Both the position numbers and the translations under genes were made by a program. From contig SHMW01000006.1 in NCBI GenBank assembly GCA_008080735.1, positions 3,215 through 67,214 on the forward strand: a DNA stretch of 64,000 bases, in the 5' to 3' direction. Below are positions 27,259 to 37,362 of this stretch, one piece after another (position 1 is the first letter of the stretch; every line of letters starts with the position of its first letter). The notes beneath the pieces were generated by a model, which saw only the letters and a list, made by a program, of their open reading frames with translations, searched no databases and was not told where the DNA came from. This stretch comes from Promethearchaeota archaeon (GTDB lineage: Archaea; Asgardarchaeota; Lokiarchaeia; Sigyniarchaeales; SOKP01).

Positions 27259-28721
27259 TGGGAGCAGTTAAATGGTTGATGAAGAGAATCACAAAAGCGT
27301 TCGGGACCAACACAAGTTCCTTATTTTATTCTCTGCTCTACAGAGAAATGTTGAAAGAAGTGAATAATATTACAGATGACGAGGAATTATCTATTTTAGT
27401 TATGCGAGAAATCGGAAAAAAAGCCGCTACCGAATCTTGCGAACGTCACTCCACTATATTTAAATTTATGCCCGGAACACCCGAGAAAGTATTAAATTAT
27501 TTTGAGATTTTATGGGTGGTGGTATTTGGAAAGGAATTGGAAGATCTGGAATATGAAGAAATCCCCAAGGAAGGCTCAAATTACAACGATTATATCCTCA
27601 AGATCCAGAATTGTCCCATCTGCGCGAGTTATGGGACAGATTCCGAAGACTCGTTTGATGTCTCGAAACTTTCTCCAGAAAGCGAAGGTATGGCATGCGG
27701 ACTCTGCGGCATGTTGCAGAGTGTTGCAAACTTCATCTTACGTGTCAAACAAAACGATTATCGCATACAGATGATCGAACAAAAATGCATGGCGAAAGGT
27801 GATGAGTGCCTTCAATTGCTCTGTAAAGTCCATGATTATACGGAATGGCAAGAATATAAAGCGGATCAGAAAAAGGAGGAACTACTCTCAAAAGTCTTTA
27901 TGGAAGAGGATAAGGAAGAATTTATGCCGAAGGCCAAATTAGATATGGTTGATAAACTCCAAGATGCCCTTTCTTTGGATAAATTAGAAGAGATTCTTGA
28001 CGAGCCCTTAGAAGTCATCAAGCAACGGGTCTCCGATATCATTCGGGATAAGTTGGGGATGGAGCCTGAGCATTTTTTTGATTACTTCCGCAATTATGAG
28101 GATGATATGATCCGCATTATCGGATACTTATTTATTCATCTGCTCAATGAATTCGGCAACCTCATTGAAAAAATATTAGAAAATGATACCATGGCACGCG
28201 CGATCGGATATTTATTCAAACAATTGAAAGAGATGGTGTTATTATTCATCCCATTAGATGTGGTCAATGATTATCATAACCTCTTGATAAACTTTTTAGA
28301 AGGATTAGCCCCCGAAGAGATGGTCGAGAATGTAAAGCAATATTCAGGAAAGGATGATATCAACTTTCTTTTTGATGGGGCACGGATGGCTTTGGAAGAT
28401 CTTGGGATTGAATTTGCTGAATTGAAGGAAAATGTATGGGAAGAACTTAAAAAGGAACGGGAGGATGGGTTAATCTCTGCCGACCCTTCGATGATGGATA
28501 AAACCCAAGAAAAAGCACCGAAAATAATTCAGATCCTCCAAGAGTTGGTAATGCTCATTACTGAGATTCTTACATTACCAATACGTGTAAGTGTTTCTGA
28601 GGCTCATTATGGTGTAAAAACTGCGGTGAATTCTGTGGTTTCGGAGGAAGAAGGATTAGCTGGCTCCATTAGAAATAGGTTTGATAGGATCTTTGACGAA
28701 ATCCAAGCATTACGACAATAA
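27258..28721 (+). CDS. V4R-domain protein with long acidic alpha-helical C-terminal extension
   Basis: 487 aa. N-terminal ~195 aa have a V4R pattern (NCPICASYG...MACGLCGMLQSVANFIL...EQKCMAKGDECLQLLCKV). The remaining ~290 aa are E/D/K-rich with no recognised family. Confidence 0.6.
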   Translation: MGAVKWLMKRITKAFGTNTSSLFYSLLYREMLKEVNNITDDEELSILVMREIGKKAATESCERHSTIFKFMPGTPEKVLNYFEILWVVVFGKELEDLEYEEIPKEGSNYNDYILKIQNCPICASYGTDSEDSFDVSKLSPESEGMACGLCGMLQSVANFILRVKQNDYRIQMIEQKCMAKGDECLQLLCKVHDYTEWQEYKADQKKEELLSKVFMEEDKEEFMPKAKLDMVDKLQDALSLDKLEEILDEPLEVIKQRVSDIIRDKLGMEPEHFFDYFRNYEDDMIRIIGYLFIHLLNEFGNLIEKILENDTMARAIGYLFKQLKEMVLLFIPLDVVNDYHNLLINFLEGLAPEEMVENVKQYSGKDDINFLFDGARMALEDLGIEFAELKENVWEELKKEREDGLISADPSMMDKTQEKAPKIIQILQELVMLITEILTLPIRVSVSEAHYGVKTAVNSVVSEEEGLAGSIRNRFDRIFDEIQALRQ

Positions 28722-28840
28722 ATTTATCATCTAAAGTTATTTCTTATATTGTTTTTTCAATTCAATTTTTCAACAAAATTTCGAAAATTAAAAAAAAGGA
28801 TAAAAAATTTTGTATTTTACTTTATCTGCTTAATTTTTGC

Positions 28841-29548
28841 CTATGTCTTCAAACCCAAATACATCCATACCGCAAATGTACTCATTATAATCCTGACAAA
28901 CCCAATCGCAAGTGGGATTGTTAATATTGAATCTAATGCGCCGCATACTACGAATACTGTAAAACCTATAGAAAGATAAACAAATTTTTTCCGTAATTCT
29001 CCAGTTGCTTGTCTTGCTTTAAGGGCGAATCCGATACTCTCAAAAATTAGAACAGAAATCAAGAATATTGCGACGAACCAGAATGTCGGGAACGTGCGTA
29101 TAAATTCACCATTGATTAAATCTTCACCTGGTACACCATCTCCACCAAGAGGATAATTGAAAGATTGAGTGTTAAAGAAGATTATTAGAATATCAAATAT
29201 CACACCTAAAACGGCATAAATCCCAACAATTATTGCTTTTTTATCCGGAACAAGGAGTTCAGCCCCAAGATACATAGCCACGATCACCGCAGGCGCAACC
29301 CATATATAGCTAAGAATTCCATATAATATATCTGGGCTTAAATTTGTCTGAAAGAGCAATACCAAAAAAAATTCTGTGAAAGGCCCCAGCCAGAACAAAC
29401 CAATGAAAATCATCATTGCTCCCGCATAATATAACAATTTTGCGCCCATTTTTCTTGCGTTATAGAATGATAATCCACCGAAAATAACTGATGACAAAAT
29501 AATAATAGATGCGGTTATTCCGTCTAAAATTCCTATTTCACTTACCAT
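28841..29548 (-). CDS. Polytopic membrane protein (about 7 TM), unknown function
   Basis: 235 aa, almost entirely hydrophobic helices separated by short loops. Confidence 0.6.
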   Translation of the reverse strand: MVSEIGILDGITASIIILSSVIFGGLSFYNARKMGAKLLYYAGAMMIFIGLFWLGPFTEFFLVLLFQTNLSPDILYGILSYIWVAPAVIVAMYLGAELLVPDKKAIIVGIYAVLGVIFDILIIFFNTQSFNYPLGGDGVPGEDLINGEFIRTFPTFWFVAIFLISVLIFESIGFALKARQATGELRKKFVYLSIGFTVFVVCGALDSILTIPLAIGFVRIIMSTFAVWMYLGLKT

Positions 29549-29812
29549 TTTAATCTACTCTTTTATAATTTTTTTCTATTCCTAATTAAATAAATCAATA
29601 TTGCTAGTATTGTTTTACAAGATATTTAAATATATAATAGTTTGTATTTTGCTCATATATATATAACTTAGGGATCTAGCTTTTTAATTCCATTTTCTAC
29701 CGATATATCGATATTCCATTTTCATGTCAAGGCTTCATATATAAATACTTAATTAACATAACTAATGATCAAGTCGATGTATTTAATATTATTTAAATAG
29801 AAAATTATTATC

Positions 29813-32389
29813 ATGAATCGTACATCTCAAAGTGTTAAAAAAAATGTTGTTGAATTTTCTGCTGCACTCATTGCGACTATCGTACTAATTCTTCTTTTTA
29901 GCTTACCGCTGGTGTTATTTCCCTTAGGAGATCTTCTATTTCCCGGAAATGGATTATGGACGATGCCCGGAGAACCAAATAGCGAAATTCTTTATATTAA
30001 TGGAATGGATGAGGAGGTCACGGTTATTCGAGACGAATGGGGGATCCCTCATATCTATGCTAAAACAGACAATGATTTATTTTTTGCTCAAGGCTATCTC
30101 CATGCCCAAGATAGATTTTTCCAAATGGATTTGATTCGCAGACAAGTACGGGGACAATTATCAGAAGTACTTGGCGAAAGTGCTTTGGAGCAAGATAAAT
30201 TAAGTCTTGCGATGGGAATGGAATATTGGGCAAAAAAGACTGACAATGAACTCAGAACAAACTATACTGAATTTCTGGCTCCCTTTGAACGATATGTGGA
30301 TGGTATAAATTATTATTTGCAGACCAACCAAGATAAACTGCCCTTGGAATATCAATTACTAGGATTTGAACCAAAACCTTGGAGCAGCGTGGATACGTTA
30401 TGTCTTGTCCAAGAGATGGCTCGTCAATTGTCTTGGAATTACAATGACTTGTATCGTTCCTCTAATTATGAGGGATTAGGAAAAGAAAAATACCTTGAAC
30501 TGTTTAATCCATTCCTGCCATATCAAATCCCTATCTGTCCAAATTATTCCAGCTATGAAACCACTCCCAAGTATTCAGCAAGTAGTACTTCATCCATGCC
30601 ATCGATCAAATCATCCGTTGACGGATTTTTAAGAGAGATTGAAAACATAGCTTCAGAAAAAAAGTTAATTGAGGCGATTGAATTACAAGGCTCGAATAAT
30701 TGGGTTGTGAATGGTTCCAAAACGGCTACTGGGAGCCCTATCCTCTGTAATGATATGCATCTCGCATGGATATTACCGGGGGTATGGTACGAGCAACACC
30801 TTATTTCAGAGGAGACCGATCTCAATTCGTACGGATTTTCAATTCCGGGGATGCCACTCATTGCCGTAGGTCATAATCAATATCTCGCGTGGGGCTTCAC
30901 AAATACGGGTTATGATGTTATGGATTGGTATTACTACCATGAAGAGAATGATACACATTATGTGTACAAAGAAACCTTTAAACCCTTTACTACCAGAGAC
31001 TATACAATCAAAGTTAGCGGGGGAGATGATGTATCTTTCACCGTAAGAGAGACTGATAATGGTCCAGTATTAACTGACTTCATAAGTGGTGCAATCCCTA
31101 ACGATCTGAAAACATCAGACATCATTTTTTCTGCTAAATGGATGGGTAATGATATCTTCTTGAACCTTTTAGCCGGAGAAGGTTTTAATCGCGCTAAAAA
31201 TCGGGAAGAATTTAATGAGGCCTCAAAATACTGGGATACTTTAGCACAAAATATCGTCTATGCGGATATTGATGGAAATATTGCTATTCGACCTACGGGA
31301 AGAGTTCCAATCCGAAACGATACAAATATTCCGGTGGATCATTTAGGAAATGGAACGCTCCCATACAATGGATCAAATGGGGAAGGAAAGTGGGTTGGTG
31401 AAGTTCCCTTCGATCAATTACCTAATTCTCTTAATCCAGCTCAAGGGTATTTAGTATCAGCAAACCAAATCGTAGTTGGACCTGATTATAATTTTAGTAA
31501 ATATTTCCTACAAAACGAATATGCGAATGGATACAGAGCTCGTAGAATAAACGAGCTTCTCAATACCACAGATAATATAACTGTTGATAAAATGAAGGAA
31601 TTTCAATTAGATGTGAACTCTTCCGCTGCCAGAGCATTTATTCCCACATTATTAGATGTGATAGATTATAACTATAGCGGAAATATTCCCTCAGAACTTA
31701 CGGGCGCATATGATCTACTTGAATCTTGGGGGTATATAATGGATAAAGATGAGGCCGCACCAACGATATATCGTAAATGGCGTGATTTCTTTTATGATCT
31801 AACGTTTAACGATGATATCGATTTTTATAATTTAAGTCGTGGACCTCAGCTTGTCATGCTGGAGTATTTAATGAATAATGAGACTTCTCATTGGTTTAAT
31901 AATATCTCGAGTGGAACACCAGTACCAATGACACGAAATCATACGATGCTTCTTGCATTTAATCAAACGATTGATTGGTTAGAAACCATCTTCGGAACAG
32001 ATGATCCTAATCAATGGATTTGGGGGGCACTCCATCAATTACAATTTACCCATTTATCGGGATTAGATGCTTTTAATGTTGGACCGCTCCCAGGAGATGG
32101 AGAGGGATATACTGTTAATCCATCTGGAGCCAATATTGATGAGGATGGGGGTATAGCTCAAGGAGGCGCATCGGAACGCTTAATTGTCGACCTTAGCGAT
32201 TTAGGAAACTCGATCAGCGTTATTCCATCGGGGCAGTCGGGACATCCCTATCAAAAACATTATTCAGATCAACTCACCGAGCTTTTTCTCCAAGGAAAAT
32301 ATCATTCTCAATATTATGATTATACCATATCAGATTTTGAAATGATAGAATCTACATTGATATTTAGACCAGTAGGAGGTCGTTTTTAA
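29813..32389 (+). CDS. Penicillin/AHL acylase-family Ntn-hydrolase (peptidase S45)
   Basis: 858 aa. N-terminal signal anchor, WGIPHIYA, FAQGYLHAQDRFFQMD, and the beta-subunit nucleophile context QGSNNWVVNGSKTATGSPILCNDMHL. Confidence 0.9.
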   Translation: MNRTSQSVKKNVVEFSAALIATIVLILLFSLPLVLFPLGDLLFPGNGLWTMPGEPNSEILYINGMDEEVTVIRDEWGIPHIYAKTDNDLFFAQGYLHAQDRFFQMDLIRRQVRGQLSEVLGESALEQDKLSLAMGMEYWAKKTDNELRTNYTEFLAPFERYVDGINYYLQTNQDKLPLEYQLLGFEPKPWSSVDTLCLVQEMARQLSWNYNDLYRSSNYEGLGKEKYLELFNPFLPYQIPICPNYSSYETTPKYSASSTSSMPSIKSSVDGFLREIENIASEKKLIEAIELQGSNNWVVNGSKTATGSPILCNDMHLAWILPGVWYEQHLISEETDLNSYGFSIPGMPLIAVGHNQYLAWGFTNTGYDVMDWYYYHEENDTHYVYKETFKPFTTRDYTIKVSGGDDVSFTVRETDNGPVLTDFISGAIPNDLKTSDIIFSAKWMGNDIFLNLLAGEGFNRAKNREEFNEASKYWDTLAQNIVYADIDGNIAIRPTGRVPIRNDTNIPVDHLGNGTLPYNGSNGEGKWVGEVPFDQLPNSLNPAQGYLVSANQIVVGPDYNFSKYFLQNEYANGYRARRINELLNTTDNITVDKMKEFQLDVNSSAARAFIPTLLDVIDYNYSGNIPSELTGAYDLLESWGYIMDKDEAAPTIYRKWRDFFYDLTFNDDIDFYNLSRGPQLVMLEYLMNNETSHWFNNISSGTPVPMTRNHTMLLAFNQTIDWLETIFGTDDPNQWIWGALHQLQFTHLSGLDAFNVGPLPGDGEGYTVNPSGANIDEDGGIAQGGASERLIVDLSDLGNSISVIPSGQSGHPYQKHYSDQLTELFLQGKYHSQYYDYTISDFEMIESTLIFRPVGGRF

Positions 32390-32390
32390 A

Positions 32391-32822
32391 ATGGAAAATG
32401 AAAAATTTACTCTGCTTATTGGAACTATGATAAGTCTCTGCCTTGCTTCTATTTTATCACTAATTCCCGTGTGGCAACTGATTTTCATAGCAGGAATTGC
32501 GGGAGGGATTATCAATAAAAAACCCAAATTTGGTGCGCTTAGCGGAGCATTAGGGGTCGGATTATTTTGGATACTCTATATGATTGATGGAGTTTTCATT
32601 AAAGAATTATATGGCCTTTTTGATCTTATCGGAGAACTCATAATAGGCTCTTCGGGAATTGGATGGCTTCTCTTGCTAATCATCATCATAATGGGATTTT
32701 TATTTGGGTTGCTGGGAGGTGTGCTTGGAAGTAGCGGTACGAATTTAGTTCTCTATTTCTATACAACTCACAAAAGTTCTGGAAGAAAAGTAGAAAATTC
32801 AATAAAATCATCCAAATCTTAA
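32391..32822 (+). CDS. Small membrane protein (4 TM), co-transcribed with the acylase
   Basis: 143 aa, glycine-rich TM helices. The ATG lies 1 nt after the acylase stop codon (32387-32389). Confidence 0.55.
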   Translation: MENEKFTLLIGTMISLCLASILSLIPVWQLIFIAGIAGGIINKKPKFGALSGALGVGLFWILYMIDGVFIKELYGLFDLIGELIIGSSGIGWLLLLIIIIMGFLFGLLGGVLGSSGTNLVLYFYTTHKSSGRKVENSIKSSKS

Positions 32823-32970
32823 CCCTTTTTTCTTTTTTTACTAAATACTTATAAATTCTAACTGTTTTAGCCCATCTTTTTAATTTTAATAAAAATCAAC
32901 CTTATCTTCATATAGAATTTATCTTATCTAAATTGAGCAAAACATTCTTTTTCTTCTGATTCACAATAAA

Positions 32971-35070
32971 ATGCATATTTCTCCCGAGATTATTACCAAA
33001 AAATATGAAGACGGTGAACTAAATCGAAAATCTACCGTAAATGCGCTAATCTCATTGATAGAACATAATCCAGATAATGAAACGAGAAAAGAATGCATAA
33101 AAACAATCAGGACGCGAAAGTTTTGTGATAAAAATATCTTCATTCTATTGGAAAACTTGTTAGTTTCCGATTCTAATCTTGAAATTCGCCAAGAAGCGGC
33201 TAAAGCGATTTCTACATGCTTTAATAATATCTCTACAGAACCTATGAAATGGATTATTGAAAATGAAACCTCCTATGAAATTTTACTCACCGCACTCAAG
33301 CTTTTAAAAGAAGTCGAACAAACCAACATAAAATCCTTTTTAATTGAAAAAATAAATGATTTTGATAAATCCTATTTTCAATCTGGAGAATTACAATCAG
33401 ATTTTAACCATTACAGAGTAAATGTTCTAATTGATATTTATCTAAATTATATTACCATCCATCATCTCAAAAGGAAATTCAAAAAACTAGAATATTCCAC
33501 TAAGAATGGATATATTATTAAATTAGATTTTTCAAAGATCGATAATCGGATTGTAGGATGGAGATACAAGAATATATTGCGAAATCCATCTGAATTAAAG
33601 GGAATTCAATTACTTAAGAAATTGGAAAAATTAAAACCATTTTCTATTCAATGGACTATCCAAAATACCGTTACTTTCGATTGTCAAATAAATCTTTTAA
33701 ACACCATCACAAAGTTAGACAATTCTTTTGCAAGAGAGTTTTTCCTACAAGAAATCAAATCGATTAAGAAAAAGAAATTTCAACAATCATTTAAACAAAT
33801 GAAGGAAAAGAGGATACCACTCTCAGAGCAGTCCCTACAATTCTTATCAAATATCCTCATAGCTTATATTTCTCTACAATTTTTAGAGCAAAAAACCTCC
33901 AATCTTCATTATACACTTGAAAAGGGACAAATAATCGAAATGGATTTATCGGGTAATACACTAATTAAAATTCCCGATTTAATTGGGAATTTTTTAACTC
34001 TTAAAGTATTAGACCTAAGCTCTTGTAAAATTTATTCGCTTCCCGAAACCATATTCAATCTCAAAAATCTGGAAGTATTGAATCTAGAAAAGAACCGATT
34101 ACAAATACTTGCTGCAGATATTAATAAATTGACCGCATTAAGATATTTAAATGTATCACGAAATTGTTTAGAAATGGTCCCGAAATCTCTCTCTCATTTG
34201 AAATTCTTACGGGAGCTTGATCTACAGCGAAATGATCTTACACGGCTCCCCGATGAAATTGGTTATCTGAAAAATCTAGAATCTCTCGACCTTAGTGGCA
34301 ATCATCTAAATGAGATCCCCACAACAATTACAAAATTGAGTTCTTTGAAAGTATTAAATCTATATTTAAACAATCTCACGAAATTGCCTGAAAGCTGGGA
34401 CGTATTAACTTCTTTAAATTATTTAAACTTAGATAATAATCAATTAACTCATATCCCAAACTCTATCTGTCTCTTAAAAAACTTAAAAAAACTTAAAGTG
34501 GCAGATAATAAACTGGCCTCTTTACCTGAAGAAATAGGATGTCTTAAGCATTTATGCGAGCTTGATTTGCGATGGAATAGATTGGAAGAAATACCTGAGT
34601 CAATAGGAACACTTTCTTCACTTCAAAAACTTTATTTAACACATAACCGATTAAAAAATTTACCATACTCAATTTCAAATCTTCTCTCTTTACGTTATTT
34701 AGACCTCACCTGGAATAATTTAAAATATATTCCCAAAAATATAGGAAAGCTTAATAATCTAGAAATTTTCATTTTGTCTCATAATAATCTTTTAAACCTT
34801 CCCGAGTCGATTGGTAAGTTACAATCATTGAAATATCTGAATTTATGGGGGAATAAATTACAAAAGCTCCCCTTCTCAATAGGTGGACTGAAAAATTTAG
34901 AAGATCTAAAGTTAAACGGAAATAATTTAGATTCTTTACCTGACTCATTTAAGAACTTAAATTCTCTTAAGAACTTGGCTCTTAATAATAATCGATTAAG
35001 AAAACTTCCTGAAGTTGTTAATGAACTAAATGCTTTAAAAGACCTATCCTATAGATGGAATGAGATCTGA
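32971..35070 (+). CDS. HEAT-repeat + leucine-rich-repeat protein (~16 LRRs)
   Basis: 699 aa. The N-terminus has PBS-lyase/HEAT-like repeats (NPDNETRKECIKTI, SDSNLEIRQEAAKAI). From ~residue 322 there are ~16 tandem 23-aa repeats (L..L..L.L..N.L..[LI]P..I..L). No ROC/COR or kinase domain. Confidence 0.85.
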   Translation: MHISPEIITKKYEDGELNRKSTVNALISLIEHNPDNETRKECIKTIRTRKFCDKNIFILLENLLVSDSNLEIRQEAAKAISTCFNNISTEPMKWIIENETSYEILLTALKLLKEVEQTNIKSFLIEKINDFDKSYFQSGELQSDFNHYRVNVLIDIYLNYITIHHLKRKFKKLEYSTKNGYIIKLDFSKIDNRIVGWRYKNILRNPSELKGIQLLKKLEKLKPFSIQWTIQNTVTFDCQINLLNTITKLDNSFAREFFLQEIKSIKKKKFQQSFKQMKEKRIPLSEQSLQFLSNILIAYISLQFLEQKTSNLHYTLEKGQIIEMDLSGNTLIKIPDLIGNFLTLKVLDLSSCKIYSLPETIFNLKNLEVLNLEKNRLQILAADINKLTALRYLNVSRNCLEMVPKSLSHLKFLRELDLQRNDLTRLPDEIGYLKNLESLDLSGNHLNEIPTTITKLSSLKVLNLYLNNLTKLPESWDVLTSLNYLNLDNNQLTHIPNSICLLKNLKKLKVADNKLASLPEEIGCLKHLCELDLRWNRLEEIPESIGTLSSLQKLYLTHNRLKNLPYSISNLLSLRYLDLTWNNLKYIPKNIGKLNNLEIFILSHNNLLNLPESIGKLQSLKYLNLWGNKLQKLPFSIGGLKNLEDLKLNGNNLDSLPDSFKNLNSLKNLALNNNRLRKLPEVVNELNALKDLSYRWNEI
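33941..35067 (+). repeat. Tandem 69-bp-period coding repeats (LRR units)
   Basis: Periodicity is visible in translation. Units are diverged at the DNA level. Confidence 0.7.
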
Positions 35071-35118
35071 GCTGAATTAAATATAGCTATAATACTATGT
35101 ACTCAGAAGGGATTGAAA

Positions 35119-37290
35119 TTATTTTAATTTATTCTTCTTATATATTTCATAAAACCAGTCTACAATATGTTGAAAGAAGAAACGCTCCCTTAATACATCA
35201 TAATGCGATTTTTCCCTGAGACTAGTGAGCTTGGCAATATCTTCTGAATTAATTTTGCCTTCCTTAATCAAATTCATTCTCGCTTTAAATTGGTCGACCA
35301 TATTTATTGGTCTCAGAATCACAGAAATCGCCTCTGAGATAGAATCCATTATTGTTTCAAAATTTTTATTTTTCATATAATTTTGATGGTGTGTTCTCAG
35401 CAAGAATGATTTAATTTGATTAATGAGGATATCTTTCTTATCAAAATTGATAAATTCCTTCTTTTTAATCAATTTATCCAGGTATTCGACTACTTCATTG
35501 ATAACCGCTCTTTCGAGGTTTAGATTTCTCATTTGTCTGCGCAACTTATTCAAAAACTGCCGTTTAAGAAACTGTTTATATTTTATGATGATTGCTTCAT
35601 TTTCCCGAATATCAGAACATATTTCCACTACTTCCCCTTTTGGTGTGGCATAAGTGAATCCATGGCCTTGAGGCCCCAAACCTCCAAGCAAAACCATTGA
35701 AAGGCTATGAAATCCATAGGTGTCTGTTGAGATTATTTCTTTTCTGTTATTTACAATATTTTTTGGAGATACTAAATGTTTTTTGATTTCTCTCTCTTCT
35801 CGTTCTTGTAGTGTACCATAATAATTAATTTTATATCGATAGACCATATTAAATTCTAAGAATCCATCTTCGGTGAGTCCTCCTCTTTCGGGGTTATAGT
35901 AATGTTTTTTGAATTCCTTAATGAAATGGAGGCTTGAACCCAAATTTTTAACACTCAATCCATATATAGAGTATGTGTTGAAGAAAGAATTCTTAATATA
36001 ATAAATCAACTGATCAATATCACTATAGAATGAATAGGCATTAGGATAATTTACAAAATACTCATATAGTTCCCGTGGAAGTTCTCTTGATACGAAATAG
36101 ATTAAATAATTATTCACATTTCCAAAAAGATCCTCTAAATTCGCGATAAAAAGTTTATCCTTTTTGATTCGATTAATCTTGACCATATCATATTCGTTTA
36201 ATTCCCTAATTAGTAAGCCAAATGTGTTGCAAAATCGTACTATGTCAATAATTTTTCCCAAACTCGAAGTTTGGTATCCCACGCTCACATCTTGAATACA
36301 ATCAATAATAAGTTTTGAAATAATCTCAAAACGATCTGGAATTTTTCTGGCGTCTATAAATATATCGAGTTTATCGGAATTTTTTACAAGTTGAGCGAAT
36401 TTTTCAAAATGACTTGCCTCCAAATCTAATGCTAATCCCTTGTAAAAACTCTCTTCAATTTTTTCTTTATTTTCCACTTTTGAGAGTAATTTAGAGAATT
36501 TTAGATTTCCTCCTTCATTAGATATAAGATGGTCAATTGCATATTTAATTTTTTTATATTCTCCCGATTGAAGAGAATCATTAATCGCATTAATTACTAT
36601 CTCTTGGATGTTATTCCGCTTAAGTTGATCATGTTGAATATCATTTTTTTCCAGAAAATTATAGAAATATATAAGATATTGTAAGTTCCCACTTTTTAGA
36701 AAATAGTCAAAAGAGTCTCGAAGCAATTGAACGATGAAACTAAATATTTTTTGATTTTCATCTTTTTTGTTAAATAATTCTCTTTGTGTTTTTGTATTTT
36801 TTTGGATCCAATCTCGTACATACATAAGAAAAATGGGAAGATTTTCGGTGTTATGATATATCTGTACATTTCTTTGGCATTGGCGACAAAAATAAATCAT
36901 TCTATTTTCATTAAATGCATAAGAACTCTGGGATATAGAAGAGCTGTTGCATTCCGAGCACCTCTTCTCAAAAAGAAGTCTTATAATTACATTTTGTAAA
37001 AATCTCTCCATTATTATTGAATTAAGAAAATCATATTCCAATAATCCATTTTCTTTCAGAGATATTAGATGGGTTCCATATTCCTTGAAAATCTTTTTAT
37101 AATAGAGGTTTTTTTTATGTTTTCCGTCGCTTTTAAATTGCTGCTTAATATTATAGATTTTCTCTGATAGTTCTATCTCTTTCGAAGCGATTTGTTTTCT
37201 TATTTTCTTTAAATCTATCTCGCCTTCTTTAATTACGTCAATGATAGTGATTTTTAGCTTATCAAAAAACTGCTCTGAGAAGATATGCAT
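35119..37290 (-). CDS. Large uncharacterised protein (helical, one CxxC...CxxC zinc-ribbon), upstream partner of the Roadblock gene
   Basis: 723-aa ORF. Zinc-ribbon-like CSECNSS...FCRQCQ at ~residue 110-140. No P-loop or other catalytic motif recognised. Confidence 0.6.
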   Translation of the reverse strand: MHIFSEQFFDKLKITIIDVIKEGEIDLKKIRKQIASKEIELSEKIYNIKQQFKSDGKHKKNLYYKKIFKEYGTHLISLKENGLLEYDFLNSIIMERFLQNVIIRLLFEKRCSECNSSSISQSSYAFNENRMIYFCRQCQRNVQIYHNTENLPIFLMYVRDWIQKNTKTQRELFNKKDENQKIFSFIVQLLRDSFDYFLKSGNLQYLIYFYNFLEKNDIQHDQLKRNNIQEIVINAINDSLQSGEYKKIKYAIDHLISNEGGNLKFSKLLSKVENKEKIEESFYKGLALDLEASHFEKFAQLVKNSDKLDIFIDARKIPDRFEIISKLIIDCIQDVSVGYQTSSLGKIIDIVRFCNTFGLLIRELNEYDMVKINRIKKDKLFIANLEDLFGNVNNYLIYFVSRELPRELYEYFVNYPNAYSFYSDIDQLIYYIKNSFFNTYSIYGLSVKNLGSSLHFIKEFKKHYYNPERGGLTEDGFLEFNMVYRYKINYYGTLQEREEREIKKHLVSPKNIVNNRKEIISTDTYGFHSLSMVLLGGLGPQGHGFTYATPKGEVVEICSDIRENEAIIIKYKQFLKRQFLNKLRRQMRNLNLERAVINEVVEYLDKLIKKKEFINFDKKDILINQIKSFLLRTHHQNYMKNKNFETIMDSISEAISVILRPINMVDQFKARMNLIKEGKINSEDIAKLTSLREKSHYDVLRERFFFQHIVDWFYEIYKKNKLK

Positions 37291-37362
37291 AGATCCAATT
37301 AATTTAAAACAAAATAAGGTAATAAAATTATGGTTGAGATATTATAAGTTGTGATCTAATTT

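Noticed and set aside
29701-29710. Perfect 10-bp palindrome CGATATATCG about 100 bp upstream of the acylase gene
   Set aside because: It is a single short AT-rich palindrome in an AT-rich spacer, which is expected by chance, and I found no second copy in other promoters. The similar CGATATA in the tRNA intron hairpin looks coincidental.
33941-35067. Regular ~69-bp periodicity that could be mistaken for a repeat array or CRISPR
   Set aside because: The periodicity is that of in-frame 23-residue LRR units within one long ORF. The repeats are diverged at DNA level and there are no spacer-like unique segments. No cas genes are in the window.
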